DNA from: a virus
IMG/VR virus record: IMGVR_UViG_3300005076_000239
Coordinates: 1-6,814 of that record
Length of the DNA: 6,814 bases
Strand: one strand, 5' to 3'
A model generated the notes under the pieces. The model was not told the DNA's origin. It was given only the letters and a program-made list of their open reading frames with translations, and ran no database searches. Positions 4,957 to 6,814 of the stretch are shown piece after piece. The stretch's first letter is position 1, and each line of letters begins with the position of its first letter. The position numbers were made by a program, and so were the translations under genes.

Positions 4957-5427
4957 CTACGTACTTGATAAAAGGAATAATTCTCTTAAAGTTGCAATAC
5001 GCTTGCTAAACTGAGGTTTACTGTAATTTGTACGTACTGTTTCGTAGCCATAATCACGCAATTCTTTATAGAAAGTATGCAAATTACGTGCTTGTGTTTT
5101 TGAAACCGTACCAGCTTTTTTAACCGTTTTAAGGGTACTTAAAATAATTGAATAAGCCGTCAAATGATCAACATTTTCAATCGGTTTAAGATTCAAACGC
5201 GCCAAGTAATCCTTAGTAAATCCACACTTAAGTAAATTTGTGAAATTTCTAAAAAACTTCTCATCACCTAAATCAGATTGAACAGTACGAACACCGCGAT
5301 TTTCTAAATCACGATAAAATTTAAAAGCAGTATCAGCAATTGAAGTCGAAATAGAATCTTTGGCAGAAGCCTGCTCTAATGCTGAATAAATATTTTTAAA
5401 AACAGAATCATCATCAGTAAGTTTCAT
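4957..5427 (-). CDS. Probable nested in-frame gX-like product (156 aa, C-terminal part of the gII-like protein)
   Basis: The in-frame ATG at 5427 is preceded by AAAGGGGCAAAAT. The Met aligns with the M13 gX start (GQNMKLTDDDSV vs GDSMNIYDDSAV). Confidence 0.45.
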   Translation of the reverse strand: MKLTDDDSVFKNIYSALEQASAKDSISTSIADTAFKFYRDLENRGVRTVQSDLGDEKFFRNFTNLLKCGFTKDYLARLNLKPIENVDHLTAYSIILSTLKTVKKAGTVSKTQARNLHTFYKELRDYGYETVRTNYSKPQFSKRIATLRELFLLSST

Positions 5428-6306
5428 ATTTTGCCCCTTTAGAGCTTCAAACAGTTCTCGATTTGCACTTGTCCAGAGATTGCGTAAAAAATAAGGATGA
5501 TTGGCACGTTGATAGCGAATTAATTGAAATAAGTTTGTTGGTATATTGCGTTCTTTAAGAGCGTAGGCTTTGACACCAGTTTCAAATCGTAAAAGGCCCT
5601 TAGTAAAAATCTGTAAGTCAGGATTAGACATAACCTCAACAACACGCATTGCAGCTTTATCATTGGTTTTAGCCAATTTAATCTGATCCTGCAGCTGAGC
5701 CTGAAACTCACAGGATTTACCATAGACTTTACGAGCGAAACGCTTGCAGCGTTCAGAACCGAAATAGACAGTATTTTTATAGCTGGCATGCTTAGTAGAT
5801 TTGCGGATGTGTTCTGTTGAGATGTTCCGCAAAAACTCAATAGCACGTTCAACTTCACGATCATCACGTAAACGTGCGTGATACGTAACGTCAATTTGCA
5901 TTACTTCTGTCTCAGAGACAGCAAGCATGCCGTATAAAACAGGTTGAGCTTCTGCGAAATGACCAAGCATTTCTAAAGCACCCTCTTCTATCCAATCAGT
6001 TCCATAAACATTGTGACCCTGCAATATCTTTGCAGGCGAAGCTTTAAGTTCTACATGTGGCCATAACTTGCCCTCATGATGAAATTTCCAAGCCATCTTG
6101 GTAAATGACGTTGGCAATCTGTCATAAGGATGATTAAGCACTTGGTTTACTACATTGCCTTCATCATCCTTAAAAACACATCGAGCTTCGACACGTGGCA
6201 GATCAAGATTGAGTAAGTTGAAACCAAAGATACAATGACGCCCTTCACTGTCCATATCGACAAGTGACGCATCCACTGGTATCCGTAGTTTTAACATATC
6301 GTTCAT
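4957..6306 (-). CDS. gII: Rolling-circle replication initiator, homologue of Ff gene II protein
   Basis: It aligns from memory with M13 gpII: MNDMLKLRIPVDASLV vs MIDMLVLRLPFIDSLV; HPYDRLPTSFTKMAWKF vs HPFESLPTSYSGIAFKI; VELKASPAKILQGHNVYG vs VEIKASPAKVLQGHNVFG; SNPDLQIFTKGLLRFETGVK vs SNPDLLEFASGLVRFEARIK; NLFQLIRY vs NLFDAIRF. Confidence 0.93.
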   Translation of the reverse strand: MNDMLKLRIPVDASLVDMDSEGRHCIFGFNLLNLDLPRVEARCVFKDDEGNVVNQVLNHPYDRLPTSFTKMAWKFHHEGKLWPHVELKASPAKILQGHNVYGTDWIEEGALEMLGHFAEAQPVLYGMLAVSETEVMQIDVTYHARLRDDREVERAIEFLRNISTEHIRKSTKHASYKNTVYFGSERCKRFARKVYGKSCEFQAQLQDQIKLAKTNDKAAMRVVEVMSNPDLQIFTKGLLRFETGVKAYALKERNIPTNLFQLIRYQRANHPYFLRNLWTSANRELFEALKGQNMKLTDDDSVFKNIYSALEQASAKDSISTSIADTAFKFYRDLENRGVRTVQSDLGDEKFFRNFTNLLKCGFTKDYLARLNLKPIENVDHLTAYSIILSTLKTVKKAGTVSKTQARNLHTFYKELRDYGYETVRTNYSKPQFSKRIATLRELFLLSST

Positions 6307-6430
6307 TTGTCACAAATCACATGTCACATTTTGAACAATTTATACAATATCACATGTGACAAATCAACATATTTTATTATTATTTGTCACATATTACATA
6401 TCATGGTGTCACAAATGGCTATATCACAAA
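6304..6430. promoter_or_regulatory. Divergent control region between gII and the regulator: TGTCAC/TCACA iterons plus candidate back-to-back promoters
   Basis: TGTCAC occurs at 6308, 6322, 6385 and 6407, and inverted (GTGACA) at 6356. Relaxed TCACA copies lie at 6317, 6350 and 6424. Palindrome CACATGTG at 6351-6358. Candidate + promoter: GTGACA (6356-6361), 16 nt, TATTAT (6378-6383). Candidate - promoter: TTGATT (6367-6362), 17 nt, TATAAA (6344-6339). The iterons abut or overlap both start codons. Confidence 0.6.
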
Positions 6431-6609
6431 GATTAAGAGACGAAGAGTCTGAAATGATCGAGAAAAAAACACTCGATATCATGATAGAAAAAAAACTAAA
6501 AATTAAAGAAAGTGATGTAATACATGCGCTAATTAGAAAGCACATAAAAGAATTAACAGCAAATGACGTGCTGGAATATAGAAGAAAATATTTAGGGAAA
6601 GATGACTAA
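6415..6609 (+). CDS. 64-aa ribbon-helix-helix (Arc/MetJ/CopG-like) transcriptional regulator; candidate phage repressor
   Basis: MAISQRLRDEESEMIEKKTLDIMIEKKLKIKESDVIHALIRKHIKEL fits a beta-strand (ISQRLR), helix, helix pattern. It is divergent from gII, as rstR-type repressors are. An alternative start exists at 6403. The 100-aa track ORF from 6307 would be translated from the iteron DNA and is unlikely. No clear SD. Confidence 0.6.
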   Translation: MAISQRLRDEESEMIEKKTLDIMIEKKLKIKESDVIHALIRKHIKELTANDVLEYRRKYLGKDD

Positions 6610-6620
6610 TTAAGGTTAAA

Positions 6621-6671
6621 AAGTCTCATTTTCGAGACCTAAGTCCACTCTTGAGAACGTGGACTTTTTTT
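6621..6671 (-). promoter_or_regulatory. Plus-strand (viral-strand) replication origin core: f1-like nick-site hairpin plus an adjacent second hairpin
   Basis: The minus strand reads AAGTCCAC-GTTCTCAAGA-GTGGACTT, then AGGTCTC-gaaaat-GAGACTT. The f1 ori reads GAGTCCAC-GTTCTTTAATA-GTGGACTC, then TTGTTCC-aaac-TGGAACA. AGTCCACGTTCT and AGTGGACT are identical. It is on the same strand as the genes, as expected for the viral strand. Confidence 0.7.
6641..6671 (+). terminator. The same hairpin read on the + strand looks like an intrinsic terminator for the regulator gene (possible dual use)
   Basis: AAGTCCAC-tcttgagaac-GTGGACTT, an 8-bp stem with a 10-nt loop, runs into a T-run (6665-6671). It starts 32 nt after the regulator stop codon. 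Confidence 0.4.
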
Positions 6672-6687
6672 AGCCCTACCCTAAAGC

Positions 6688-6713
6688 AAAAAAAATCCTC
6701 ACTGGTGAGGATT
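6688..6713 (-). terminator. Rho-independent terminator on the minus strand (end of the long phage operon/IG transcript)
   Basis: The minus strand reads AATCCTCA-ccag-TGAGGATT followed by TTTTTT: an 8-bp perfect stem, a tetraloop and a T-run totalling 8 T. There is no T-run on the + strand side. Confidence 0.65.
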
Positions 6714-6721
6714 GAATAGAC

Positions 6722-6814
6722 ATTTCGTATAATGAAGATTGATGTTAAATAACGCCGATTTGCGACGGATATTGATGCAAATCGCCTATGTAACATAATC
6801 TTCGACCACATTAT
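6722..6814. repeat. Right copy of the terminal repeat, with the complete site A and a clipped site B of the dif-like inverted pair
   Basis: 6724-6814 is identical to 1-91. ATTTCGTATAA starts at 6722. The window ends at ...ACCACATTAT, 4 nt into the inverted XerC arm. Confidence 0.9.

Larger units (their letters stand above)
1..6814 (-). mobile_element. Complete filamentous phage (inovirus) genome unit or prophage, collinear with Ff phages; unit length 6,723 bp plus a 91-bp terminal repeat
   Basis: Minus-strand gene order is gII(gX)-gV-small ORFs-gVIII-gIII-gVI-gI, the same as M13/f1 but without gIV. There is clear gpII and Zot/pI homology and a classical major coat architecture. Bases 1-91 equal 6724-6814. 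Confidence 0.9.

Noticed and set aside
4817-5014. 65-aa plus-strand ORF spanning the gV start and the gII end
   Set aside because: It is antisense across two supported genes and their intergenic RBS, with no start signals of its own.
5520-5894. 124-aa minus-strand ORF
   Set aside because: It is out of frame inside the gII homologue, whose own frame is confirmed by alignment to M13 gpII.
6307-6414. N-terminal extension of the regulator ORF (100-aa version starting at 6307)
   Set aside because: The extension would be translated from the iteron/promoter DNA, giving an odd Cys/His/Ile-rich peptide, and it would start inside the divergent promoter region. The RHH-like domain begins at about 6415.
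6626-6811. 61-aa minus-strand ORF
   Set aside because: It runs through the origin hairpins, the minus-strand terminator and the att hairpin. The region is better explained as structured non-coding DNA.
1-6814. tRNA, rRNA, CRISPR or IS/transposon features
   Set aside because: I saw no cloverleaf-like or rRNA-like segments, no repeat-spacer arrays, and no transposase or terminal-inverted-repeat structure. The only long repeat is the 91-bp direct repeat at the ends.

Overview
The window holds one complete genome-length unit (repeat period 6,723 bp) of a small filamentous phage of the Inoviridae type. Its gene order matches the Ff phages (M13/f1/fd) gene for gene. Bases 1-91 are identical to 6724-6814, so the element is either circular (replicative form or circularly overlapping contig) or part of a tandem or partly duplicated prophage. 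The minus strand carries the whole replication and morphogenesis operon, in this order: a gII-like rolling-circle initiator with a probable nested gX-like start; a gV-position ssDNA-binding protein; three micro-ORFs of 34, 38 and 58 aa (gVII/gIX slot, below the ORF-track cutoff); the major coat protein; a possible 24-aa GTG micro-ORF; a 536-aa gIII-like adsorption protein whose Gly/Ser/Asp and Thr/Ser linker is encoded by tandem DNA repeats; a gVI-like protein; and a Zot/gI-like assembly ATPase. No secretin (gIV) and no integrase or transposase is encoded. The plus strand carries a small ribbon-helix-helix-like regulator, divergent from gII across a TGTCAC/TCACA iteron region. It also carries a 54-aa membrane protein that converges on zot and overlaps its stop codon. 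Four non-coding elements stand out. (1) An origin hairpin is nearly identical to the f1 plus-strand nick-site hairpin. (2) A ~100-nt imperfect hairpin built from two inverted dif-like XerC/XerD sites, as in CTXphi, lies in the terminal repeat. (3) A second, canonical 11-6-11 dif-like site lies inside the operon. (4) A ~78-bp, ~70% GC imperfect palindrome sits between gVI and gI in an otherwise AT-rich genome. The XerC-arm sequence and base composition suggest an Acinetobacter/Moraxellaceae-like host, but with low confidence. All calls come from reading the sequence by eye and from remembered reference sequences; no searches were run.
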